Part shown: positions 7,801-16,147 of the stretch, in pieces | How positions within the stretch are numbered: position 1 is the first letter of the stretch | How the letters are laid out: each line of letters begins with the position of its first letter | Assembly: GCA_963805085.1 (NCBI GenBank) | Contig: CAWDTA010000002.1 | Span: forward strand, 1,591,478-1,655,477 | Direction of reading: 5' to 3' | Length of the DNA: 64,000 nucleotides | Source: an uncultured Veillonellaceae bacterium | GTDB taxonomy: Bacteria; Bacillota; Negativicutes; JARBTT01 | Position numbers and translations under genes: made by a program | The notes under the pieces: model-generated | What the model saw: only the letters and a program-made list of their open reading frames with translations | Told to the model about the DNA's origin: nothing | Database searches by the model: none

Positions 7801-7835
7801 AAATATCGCCATGGGACATTCCCATGGCGATATTT
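7801..7835 (+). terminator. attenuator-type hairpin between the precursor and cyclase genes
   Basis: Perfect 15-bp stem AAATATCGCCATGGG / CCCATGGCGATATTT with a 5-nt loop, followed by TATAA. It lies 7 nt after the precursor stop and 21 nt before the cyclase ATG. Confidence 0.7.
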
Positions 7836-7855
7836 TATAATGCAGGAGGTCTTTT

Positions 7856-9697
7856 ATGCGTAATTTTTGTGGGTTATTGCCTAAAATTGATACAAGAAAT
7901 GCTCCTGATATTGAATTTTATGGAAAAAACATGGGAGATATAATTAGGCCTTTATGGGTAGAACCGCCTTATAGAGAGCAATCATTTTTAAGGATAAAAG
8001 AAAAACCGTATGAATGTATTTTGATTGGTAATTTTTTTGCAAAAAAAGAGGAAATTAAGACAATTTTTTATAAGTGTATTAAGAATTCAAATTATACTGA
8101 ATTGATTACTTTGCCAGGTAATTATAATTTGATCGTTCATGAAAATGAAAATACGTTAATTTTTTCAGATATAACTGGTCTCAAGCCTGTGTTTTTTACT
8201 GATTATAATAATCAGTTTATTGCATATTCGTCATCTAGTCTTATATTACAACAGTTAATAAATGCAGAGATAAATACTGACTGGATTTCCAAATTTTTGA
8301 TTTGCCCTGGAATACAGGAATTGTTACAAGACCAATCTCCATTTCAAAATATAAAATGTATATTACCAGGACATTTTCTTTTCTTTTCTCCTAACAAAAC
8401 CCAATATTTTCCTTATTGGATTCCACCGCCTGGAGAAAAGAATATTACTGATGTTTCTAATAAATTAAAAACGCATCTTTTAATGGGCATAAATAATCGA
8501 GTCTCGATGTATGGGGAAAATATGTCGGCTGATTTAAGTGGAGGTTTAGATTCTACAAGTTTATCCGTATTGGCCGCGAAAATGATGGATAAAAAGGGAC
8601 AAACCTTGAATACGATTACATATGGAAGTACTTCTGAAAGAGAAGATACTATTTATGCCCAAAAAGTTGCTTCAAAATTTGCAAATATTAATTCTAATAT
8701 TTTAGGAGTACATGAATTTCCTTCAGCTTTTAGTAATTTAGAAATTCCTTTAACAGACGAACCACTCATAAACGCAACTACATTCGGAAACTTTTACTAT
8801 GGTTTTAATTTTATTAAAGCAATGAACTCGGAACTTCATCTTAGTGGTGAAGGTGCAGATGCGGTTCTTTTATCTCCATATTCTTATTTGGCTGATTTGA
8901 TTTTAAAGAGAAAAATAAAAACACTTTTTAGCCATATCAATGGATGGGCAAAAGTAAAAAACATTTCGCAAGGATTTTTAATCAAAAGCGCATTCATGCT
9001 TAGTATAACTAAATACCAACATTGGGCTAAAAAACAATCTATAAATCTGCAAAGAAATCAAAACAAACAAAATATTTTTGAATTGGGTTGGTTTCAAGCC
9101 CCCCAAAAAGCTAGCTGGCATACTGATGAAGCAGTGAGAGTTATTGTTTCTTTGTTAAAAACACATTCGATAACAGGTATTCCGTTTTCTGAAAAGCCGG
9201 GACAACATGAAGCTTATTCTAATATTTTGGCTATTGGTCGTACGTCAAGAGTGCTTCAACAGGTAGCAGGAGCATATGACGTTAATTTAGATTTTCCATA
9301 TTTAGATGCCATGATTGTTGATACTTGTTTACAAGCAAAGACAGAAGACCGCAATAATCCATTTCTTTTTAAACCATTGCTCTATCATTCTTTAAAATCC
9401 GATATTCCAGAGTTTATTTTATCGAGAACAACTAAAGGAGATTATACCGATGACTTATATAAAGGAATTCAAAAAAATCTCAATACTGTTATTAATTTGT
9501 TCCAAGAGTCGTACCTGCATAATTTAGGATTAATTTGTTCGAATACTTTAATAGAAGCGGCTAAAACATTTAATATGGGATTGGATGTTGGACTTTGTCA
9601 ATTTTGCAATACAGTAGCAGCAGAATTATGGATAAGAAATATTAAATCTAATCAACAACAGTATTGGAGGAAAAAATATGTTGCCAACAAAACTTAA
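7856..9697 (+). CDS. lasso peptide cyclase (asparagine synthetase-like macrolactam synthetase, C protein)
   Basis: 613 aa with the PP-loop motif SADLSGGLDSTS. GCAGGAGG RBS. Position in the cluster fits. Confidence 0.8.
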   Translation: MRNFCGLLPKIDTRNAPDIEFYGKNMGDIIRPLWVEPPYREQSFLRIKEKPYECILIGNFFAKKEEIKTIFYKCIKNSNYTELITLPGNYNLIVHENENTLIFSDITGLKPVFFTDYNNQFIAYSSSSLILQQLINAEINTDWISKFLICPGIQELLQDQSPFQNIKCILPGHFLFFSPNKTQYFPYWIPPPGEKNITDVSNKLKTHLLMGINNRVSMYGENMSADLSGGLDSTSLSVLAAKMMDKKGQTLNTITYGSTSEREDTIYAQKVASKFANINSNILGVHEFPSAFSNLEIPLTDEPLINATTFGNFYYGFNFIKAMNSELHLSGEGADAVLLSPYSYLADLILKRKIKTLFSHINGWAKVKNISQGFLIKSAFMLSITKYQHWAKKQSINLQRNQNKQNIFELGWFQAPQKASWHTDEAVRVIVSLLKTHSITGIPFSEKPGQHEAYSNILAIGRTSRVLQQVAGAYDVNLDFPYLDAMIVDTCLQAKTEDRNNPFLFKPLLYHSLKSDIPEFILSRTTKGDYTDDLYKGIQKNLNTVINLFQESYLHNLGLICSNTLIEAAKTFNMGLDVGLCQFCNTVAAELWIRNIKSNQQQYWRKKYVANKT

Positions 9698-11450
9698 AAC
9701 AGTTTTGTATACATTGAAATTAGCTTGGGATACTAACCGCGTTATGGCGTTTTTTTTAGTAGCATTACTGTTTATACAAGCAATTATGGGCGTTGCTGTT
9801 TTATGGACAATGGGACGCATAATCAACGAAATTGTCGCAAATCAATTCAGTTTAATAACTATAGCTATGCTTGTATCAACATTAGCAATGACTTTAATTT
9901 TTCCTACAGTTTTTCAAATAGCTCAGAGCATTTTTATGGATAAAGCTAGTATACATGTTGGTTATCGTTTTTTGCAATCAATTCTTTCGATGGTTACGAT
10001 AGAAGAATTAGAAAAACCAAAATTTTTTCAACAAGTCACAAATGTTCGTCAGCGACTACAAAGAGATCTGGCTGGAGTAATTATATTTGTTTCTTATGGG
10101 GCGCAAAACCTTTTAATGGGGACAGTGTTGCTAATTGTTCTCGGAATGTATTCCTGGCCATTAGTTTTTTTTCTTTTATTTACACTTATTCCTCGTGCAC
10201 AAATAGAATTGGAATTTGTTTCTATGACAGATGAAACACTTGAAATGAACGACCCAGAAGCACGACGTCTTAGCGCAATAAGAAATAGTATGTTAAGCCG
10301 TGATACGGTAATGGATGCATTGATACATAATATTGCAGATTTATTAACGAAAACTTATGAAAATTTGTTTGATGATGTATCCAAAAAAATTAATCGAGAA
10401 CGAAATCGTATACTGAACAATGTTTTATGGCGAACTCTGATTTTTGTTGCAGGTCCTACTATTTCAATTGCTTGGATTATTACACAGAAAGATATTAATG
10501 CCGGTAATGTTTTTTTATATATTAGTGCTATTTTGGCAATGGGAATGTCAATCTTAAATGGGTTTTATAATGTAGGCGTAGCCATGCGTATTTCTTCTTT
10601 TGCGAATGAAATTAAAGCAACATTAGATATGGACATTAAAAAGAAAGCTAAAGCTATTCCAGTAGATTCGAATGAATTTTCCGTTCAAATTCAGGATTTG
10701 TGGTTTAGATATAATACTGATACAGAACCGCTGTTACAAGGAATAAACCTGACAATAAACCACGGTGAATGTATTGCGCTAGTTGGTGAAAATGGGGCTG
10801 GAAAAACAACATTAATAAAATTGATTTCGGGATTATATTATCCAGATAAAGGAAATATAAAGATTAATAATTCTTTACTAATACCAGATAATATACCCTC
10901 CTTTCGTAACGAAATGGCGGTTTTAACTCAGGATTATCTTCGCTTTGCTGGCACTGTGGCGGAAAATATAACTTTTGGTCTATGTCGAGATGAAGAAAAG
11001 CTAATCTCTGTATTAAAAGATGTTGGACTATATTCGTTTGTTGAACAGTTACCCAATAAATTAGATACTTCTTTATCAGGCTCATTTGGAGGAACAGAAT
11101 TATCAGGAGGTCAGTGGCAAAAAATTGCCTTAGCTCGTGTTCTGTATCGTTCACCTAAATGCTTAATTCTTGATGAACCATTAGCGTCTTTAGATGTAGA
11201 ATCAGAAGTGGAGTTTTATCAGGCAATTCGCCGTTGGAGTAAAGGGCGTACTGTTATTATTGTGTCTCATCGATTAGCAGTTAACCAATTTGTAGATCGA
11301 ATTTTGTTTTTAAAAGACGGAAAAATTGTTCAAGACGGAACACATACTAACCTAATGCAAGAACAAGGATATTATTCTGAACTTTACATAAAGCAACTTT
11401 ATAATCTTGGTTTGCTAGAAAAGGAGGGAAGAATTAAGGATGAAATATAA
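9678..11450 (+). CDS. ABC transporter permease/ATPase half-transporter (lasso D-type exporter, subunit 1)
   Basis: 590 aa. N-terminal multi-TM region. Walker A GENGAGKTT, signature LSGGQWQK, Walker B LILDEP. Overlaps the cyclase gene by 20 nt. Confidence 0.85.
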   Translation: MLPTKLKTVLYTLKLAWDTNRVMAFFLVALLFIQAIMGVAVLWTMGRIINEIVANQFSLITIAMLVSTLAMTLIFPTVFQIAQSIFMDKASIHVGYRFLQSILSMVTIEELEKPKFFQQVTNVRQRLQRDLAGVIIFVSYGAQNLLMGTVLLIVLGMYSWPLVFFLLFTLIPRAQIELEFVSMTDETLEMNDPEARRLSAIRNSMLSRDTVMDALIHNIADLLTKTYENLFDDVSKKINRERNRILNNVLWRTLIFVAGPTISIAWIITQKDINAGNVFLYISAILAMGMSILNGFYNVGVAMRISSFANEIKATLDMDIKKKAKAIPVDSNEFSVQIQDLWFRYNTDTEPLLQGINLTINHGECIALVGENGAGKTTLIKLISGLYYPDKGNIKINNSLLIPDNIPSFRNEMAVLTQDYLRFAGTVAENITFGLCRDEEKLISVLKDVGLYSFVEQLPNKLDTSLSGSFGGTELSGGQWQKIALARVLYRSPKCLILDEPLASLDVESEVEFYQAIRRWSKGRTVIIVSHRLAVNQFVDRILFLKDGKIVQDGTHTNLMQEQGYYSELYIKQLYNLGLLEKEGRIKDEI

Positions 11451-13224
11451 ATTTGCCGAAAGAATTACTGCAATTAAAAACTGGGTAAGCAGTTTTTTAA
11501 TCAATCTTAAACTTGCGTTTAATGTTGATCTAAAAAGTACTTTAATTTTAATTTTTTCTGCTTTTATTACCGGCATTGCACCAGTTGTCTTAGCTATTAC
11601 AACTGGAATGGTGGTTGGACAATTTATTCCTGGGTCTGCAGCTTCCATAGGTAAAATAATTATAATATATACTGTAACTTACAGTATGCTACAATTTGGT
11701 CATATAGGAGTGGTGTCTCAACGTGGGCGACTGGCGGAAAGAATTACGAGAACTATGAGTGAGCAAATTATGAAATTGCCGCCAAAATGGATAGGAGTAG
11801 AACATTTCGAGAATAAAGAAATATACGATAAAATAGCAACAGTTGATAATTTAATTGGGAGTATGGCATCAGTTTTTTTTGTACAAGCAATAACTTCGGC
11901 AATAACATGTCTTGGCACATTTGTTCTTCTATGGGTAATAGATTGGCGTATAGCGATATTATCATCAATAGTTATAATACCTCTAGCTGTTTGGCAAGCA
12001 AAAGAGTCAAGAAAATCGCAAATTGATATCCAGATGTTGTCTCCTAATTATAGACGAATCAATTATCTACTTGAACTATCAACAGAAATAAAGACAGCAA
12101 AAGAAATAAAATTATTAAATGCTGAAAAATTTATTCTTGATAATTATCAAAAGCACAGCGAATCAATTCTGAAAGAACTTTTGTATATACGATTAAAAGA
12201 AGGCATAAAGTCAATATCAGGTACGATTATTTGCGGATTATCTTTAGGCGTGATATGTGGACTTATAGTGTTTTGGTCAATTGATAGTCAATTGGATCCT
12301 GTTAAATTAGCGATTTTTTTTGTTGCAATTAAAGAGGGACAACAAGCAGTGGGGCAAGTATATTCATTTATGTGGGCATTTTCCACTTTAACGTTATTTT
12401 TCTCTACGATGATAGAAATGCAAAAATTTGAGGGATTGCCACAAGGAACACAAAATATAACAGAAATAGAGTCCTTGGCAACTAATAATATAAGTTTTAC
12501 ATATCAAGGAAGAAATCGGGCAGCACTTTCCGAAATTAATATTAGTATTAATCGAGGAGAAATTTTAGTTATTGTTGGTGAAAATGGCGCGGGGAAAAGC
12601 TCTTTAATTAAACTTCTTACTCGTATGTATGATCCGAAAGAAGGAACACTCAATATTAATGGTAATGATTTGAAACAATTTGATACTACCAGCTATAGAA
12701 ATTTACTGGGTGTTTCTTTGCAAGATGTGGGCAGATTTCCGTTAACTCTGAAAGAAAATATTTTCTTCGATAAAAATGATTGTACGGAAAACGTGAAAGA
12801 AGTATTCAAAAAAATAGATATGGAGACTTATCTTGCAAAACTGCCTAAAGGTGGAGATGAATTGGTAGGGCGGCAATGGGGTGGTATTGAGATGTCAGGA
12901 GGTCAATGGCAAAAAATAGGATCTGCGCGGGTGTTTGCTAGACCTAATACAGATTTACTGATTATGGATGAGCCAAATACATTTTTGGATGCACATGCTG
13001 AGGCGGCTTTGCTTGATAATATAGTAAAATATATCCGAAATAATAATCTGAGCTGCATTTTCATTACTCATCGTTTAGGTGCAGCACGAATAGGTGATCG
13101 TATTCTCGTTATGCATGACGGAAAGATTGTTGAGTCTGGAACACACGCGGAGCTAATAAAAAATCAAGGGAAATATTCAAAATTATGGAGTATACAGAAA
13201 GAACAGTATCAGTTAGTTGATTAA
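11440..13224 (+). CDS. ABC transporter permease/ATPase half-transporter (subunit 2)
   Basis: 594 aa. TM region, Walker A GENGAGKSS, signature MSGGQWQK, Walker B LLIMDEP. Overlaps the upstream ABC gene by 11 nt. Confidence 0.85.
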   Translation: MKYKFAERITAIKNWVSSFLINLKLAFNVDLKSTLILIFSAFITGIAPVVLAITTGMVVGQFIPGSAASIGKIIIIYTVTYSMLQFGHIGVVSQRGRLAERITRTMSEQIMKLPPKWIGVEHFENKEIYDKIATVDNLIGSMASVFFVQAITSAITCLGTFVLLWVIDWRIAILSSIVIIPLAVWQAKESRKSQIDIQMLSPNYRRINYLLELSTEIKTAKEIKLLNAEKFILDNYQKHSESILKELLYIRLKEGIKSISGTIICGLSLGVICGLIVFWSIDSQLDPVKLAIFFVAIKEGQQAVGQVYSFMWAFSTLTLFFSTMIEMQKFEGLPQGTQNITEIESLATNNISFTYQGRNRAALSEINISINRGEILVIVGENGAGKSSLIKLLTRMYDPKEGTLNINGNDLKQFDTTSYRNLLGVSLQDVGRFPLTLKENIFFDKNDCTENVKEVFKKIDMETYLAKLPKGGDELVGRQWGGIEMSGGQWQKIGSARVFARPNTDLLIMDEPNTFLDAHAEAALLDNIVKYIRNNNLSCIFITHRLGAARIGDRILVMHDGKIVESGTHAELIKNQGKYSKLWSIQKEQYQLVD

Positions 13225-13260
13225 ATAAGCGTTTTCATTAAAAATGCGGGAGGAATATTG

Positions 13261-13527
13261 ATGAAAAACCTTCGTATGCCAGAACATGTAAAAATCAGCT
13301 CTTTTGAAGGAAAGGCTATTTTGTTAGATTCGCGTAACAATATGTATTATTGTTTGAACGAAAGTGCGTTAGAGTTTTTGGATATTTTTAGTAATGTTCA
13401 ATCTTTTGAACAGGCCGTGGAAGATTTTGTGAAAAAATATGAAGGTGTATCTATTGAGCAAATAAAACAGGATATGCGAGATTTATTTACAGAATTAATA
13501 AATGCTGGGTTGCTTGAACATTTCTAA
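13261..13527 (+). CDS. PqqD-family leader-recognition protein (lasso B1 / RRE)
   Basis: About 88 aa. ..AILLDSRNNMYYCLNESALEFLD.. resembles PqqD/RRE proteins. GCGGGAGGA RBS before ATG 13261. Confidence 0.7.
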   Translation: MKNLRMPEHVKISSFEGKAILLDSRNNMYYCLNESALEFLDIFSNVQSFEQAVEDFVKKYEGVSIEQIKQDMRDLFTELINAGLLEHF

Positions 13528-13551
13528 ACTTTATGGAAGGAGAATATAATA

Positions 13552-13974
13552 ATGACTAAGCAAATGGCTTGGAATTCATTAGATTTAGATTTAAATTTAT
13601 TAGAATATATTCAAGGATTATTCTCTATAATATTAGCTTATATTCTATTACATGGCTTTTCGTTAGAAAAACTAAGAAAATTATTATTAACTGTAACAAA
13701 AAAAAGAATGAAGGAAGAATACAGTTTTGATGAAGCTATTAGAGTATGGCTGGCTATTAGAAAATCTCAAAAATTTTTGTTACTAAGAGTAGCTTGTATG
13801 GAACAATCATTAGCATTTGTTATTTTTTCTATTTTAAAAAGAAAACGTGTTTTATGGTGCATTGGAGCCAAATTAAATCCGTTTGAAGCACATGCATGGA
13901 TTGAAATAGAAGGAGAGCCTTTTCAAGAACCGGATTATTCAAAACGACAGTTTCAAAAATTATTTGTTACTTGA
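13552..13974 (+). CDS. lasso peptide leader peptidase (B2, transglutaminase-like Cys protease)
   Basis: 140 aa. ACMEQSLAF (candidate Cys), FEAHAWIE (His) and a downstream Asp, in the order expected for a lasso B2 catalytic triad. GGAAGGAG RBS. Confidence 0.75.
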   Translation: MTKQMAWNSLDLDLNLLEYIQGLFSIILAYILLHGFSLEKLRKLLLTVTKKRMKEEYSFDEAIRVWLAIRKSQKFLLLRVACMEQSLAFVIFSILKRKRVLWCIGAKLNPFEAHAWIEIEGEPFQEPDYSKRQFQKLFVT

Positions 13975-14206
13975 AGATAATAAATTAACCCACAATAAAA
14001 AAACAATCACACTAAAGTGCGTGTTGTCTTTTGAATTGACACAAAACGCGTTGTTAGTAGGCTTTGAGACAATCTAAAAGACACATCATAGATCCGAGGT
14101 GATAAAATGTGATTGGCAAAAGGTTATTGAGTCGGGATAAGAAAAATAAGTAAGGAGATTTCATAGTATTTATGTACTAAAGTTGCTATTGAAAGGGATT
14201 GCCTAT

Positions 14207-14953
14207 ATGATAGATAAATCTGGATTTGTATCTGAATTATTGATTAATATAAGAAGAGAAAATATAAATCAATATCCTTATAATCTTGATGTTTTAAAAA
14301 ATTTGAATAAGTTGGTTTTAAATGAAAAAGTAACATTTTTAGTTGGAGAAAATGGAACGGGGAAATCAACGCTAATTGAAGCTATTGCGATTGCCTATGG
14401 ATTTAATCCGGAAGGTGGTTCTATAAATTTTAATTTTTCAACTAGATTTTCTTCATCTCAACTTTACAAAAACATAAGGATTAGAAAAACATTAAATCAT
14501 CCTAAAGATGGATATTTTTTAAGAGCAGAAAGCTTTTACAATGTTGCAACAAATATTGAAGAAATGGATGATATTCCATCAGGAACAAAAAAAATTATTG
14601 AATCATATGGTGGTAAATCGCTGCATGAACAATCACATGGTGAATCATTTTTTTCCCTTTTTTTAAATAGATTTAGAGAAAATGGCTTTTATATTTTAGA
14701 TGAACCAGAAGCCGCTCTTTCGGTAGAAAGACAATTGACATTTGTTTCACGATTACATGAACTAGTCGAAAACAATTCCCAGTTTGTTATTGCTACTCAT
14801 TCACCGATTATATTATCCTATCCCAATTCAACAATATATGAAATTGGGCAAGATGGTCTCAACATAGTAACTTACGAAGATACAGAACAATATAAATTTA
14901 TGAAGTTATTTATTAATAATTATCCTAATATTCTAAAGAAAGTAATGGATTGA
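14207..14953 (+). CDS. stand-alone ABC/SMC-like AAA ATPase (COG3910-like)
   Basis: Walker A GENGTGKST, Q-loop/signature-like HEQSHGES, Walker B FYILDEPEAALS, ATHSP switch. The start is uncertain (ATG 14207 versus TTG 14183). Confidence 0.7.
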   Translation: MIDKSGFVSELLINIRRENINQYPYNLDVLKNLNKLVLNEKVTFLVGENGTGKSTLIEAIAIAYGFNPEGGSINFNFSTRFSSSQLYKNIRIRKTLNHPKDGYFLRAESFYNVATNIEEMDDIPSGTKKIIESYGGKSLHEQSHGESFFSLFLNRFRENGFYILDEPEAALSVERQLTFVSRLHELVENNSQFVIATHSPIILSYPNSTIYEIGQDGLNIVTYEDTEQYKFMKLFINNYPNILKKVMD

Positions 14954-15097
14954 AGAATTTTATAAAAAAGAGATTATTGTTCGTCCTTGTGCTGCCATTT
15001 GTTCTCTTACTCATGATAACGTGAAAATTATTGTTAACTTGCAAAAAAAATCTAGTCTTTGGTCTAAACAATACCCATAAAAATGAGGTTGGGCGAT

Positions 15098-15310
15098 GGC
15101 TAAAAAGCACATTAACTACCTACAATGATTAGATACAACATGCACACTTGGTATCCCTGGGGCGAAGAAAGAGCTATTCTTGCCAATTCAGGCCGGCGTT
15201 CTTGTACTATCCGTGACTCTAAGGGACGGTTTGTTAAAGGTTCAATCGGAAGTTTTGCGCGGCAAAAAGTTCAACGTGCATATGAGTTACTGCAGGTTGA
15301 GCCTCTAATT
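15098..15310 (+). pseudogene. degraded N-terminal remnant of a DUF255/YyaL-type thioredoxin-domain protein
   Basis: ...HINYLQ* is followed by a frame change to YNMHTWYPWGEE, resembling the conserved SPYLLQHAHNPVxWYPWGEEAF N-terminus. The reading frame collapses afterwards. Confidence 0.4.
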
Positions 15311-15869
15311 TTTTACGCGCAAAATTTTTGATTGCCTCAGAAGAAGGAAATCGCGGCTGGTTTGGCTATGGATTTTCAATCGTCTGCTATCCATTATTTT
15401 TATCTTTTCTAGGCGTAAAAAACATTTTTAGCTTAGCTTTTTAGCTGCCAATTGATTTAGCGATAGCTAGTTTTTCGCAATTTGAATATAACTTCCCCCC
15501 TCCCCGCTATTTGGTCTTGATAAAAAAATGTAATTTTAATCTATTTTATAGGGATGCCCCATAAAAAGCGAATAAGCCATTGTCAGTTTTTCCTTGTCGC
15601 ATACAGGACACAGGGTTACATCTTTGCTAGTAAGAATTAATATACAAAGGGACGGTTGTAATTGTCTTTATTTTACTGATTTGGTATGGGAATCTGCGGC
15701 AAACTACTAAAGCATAGAGGGACAGAAACGCTGTCCCTAATATCGATGTTTGCTGAGTTTTAACCCAATTCACAATGCAACCTCCAACCTCTCCCCATGC
15801 CCCGATAGTGCTTACTATTGACATTATAAAAAGCAAGACGTATACTTTTAATTAGATTTTAATAAAGAT

Positions 15870-16110
15870 ATCTGAAAAGCGATGATTAGGAAGAGTATTC
15901 ATGCTAGGTAGTGGACAGAGAGTGGGGATGGTTGAGAACCTGCGACGATTGGTATGAGGAAAATCACCTGAGAGCTGATGGCTGAAAGTGGAGTAAGTCA
16001 ATTCGTATTCCTGCGTTAAAGGATAAGGTATGTTAGTACCTGAATGCATGATTAGGTGGTATAACGAGGTAGAAGCTTCGTCCTGAAAAGGGCGAAGCTT
16101 TTTGTGTTTT
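15870..16110 (+). promoter_or_regulatory. T-box leader (Ile specifier) controlling ileS
   Basis: AGAGAG box and GGUUGAGAACC distal element. AUC followed by A at 15963-15966 in GAAAAUCACC. T-box core UUAGGUGGUAUAACGAGG. Terminator GAAGCUUCGUCC..GGGCGAAGCUU plus U-tract (16072-16104). Confidence 0.8.
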
Positions 16111-16147
16111 ATTGAGCATAATAAATAGAAGAAAAGGAGTTTTAAAC

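Noticed and set aside
13975-14040. A terminator after the B2 gene.
   Set aside because: Only a weak, mismatched stem (CACAC..GTGCGTG) before TCTTTT. This is not convincing enough to annotate.
15627-15836. 69-aa minus-strand ORF in the non-coding stretch before the T-box.
   Set aside because: No RBS, no recognisable domain, and it lies in a region of apparent gene decay. Kept only as a remote possibility for a small membrane protein.
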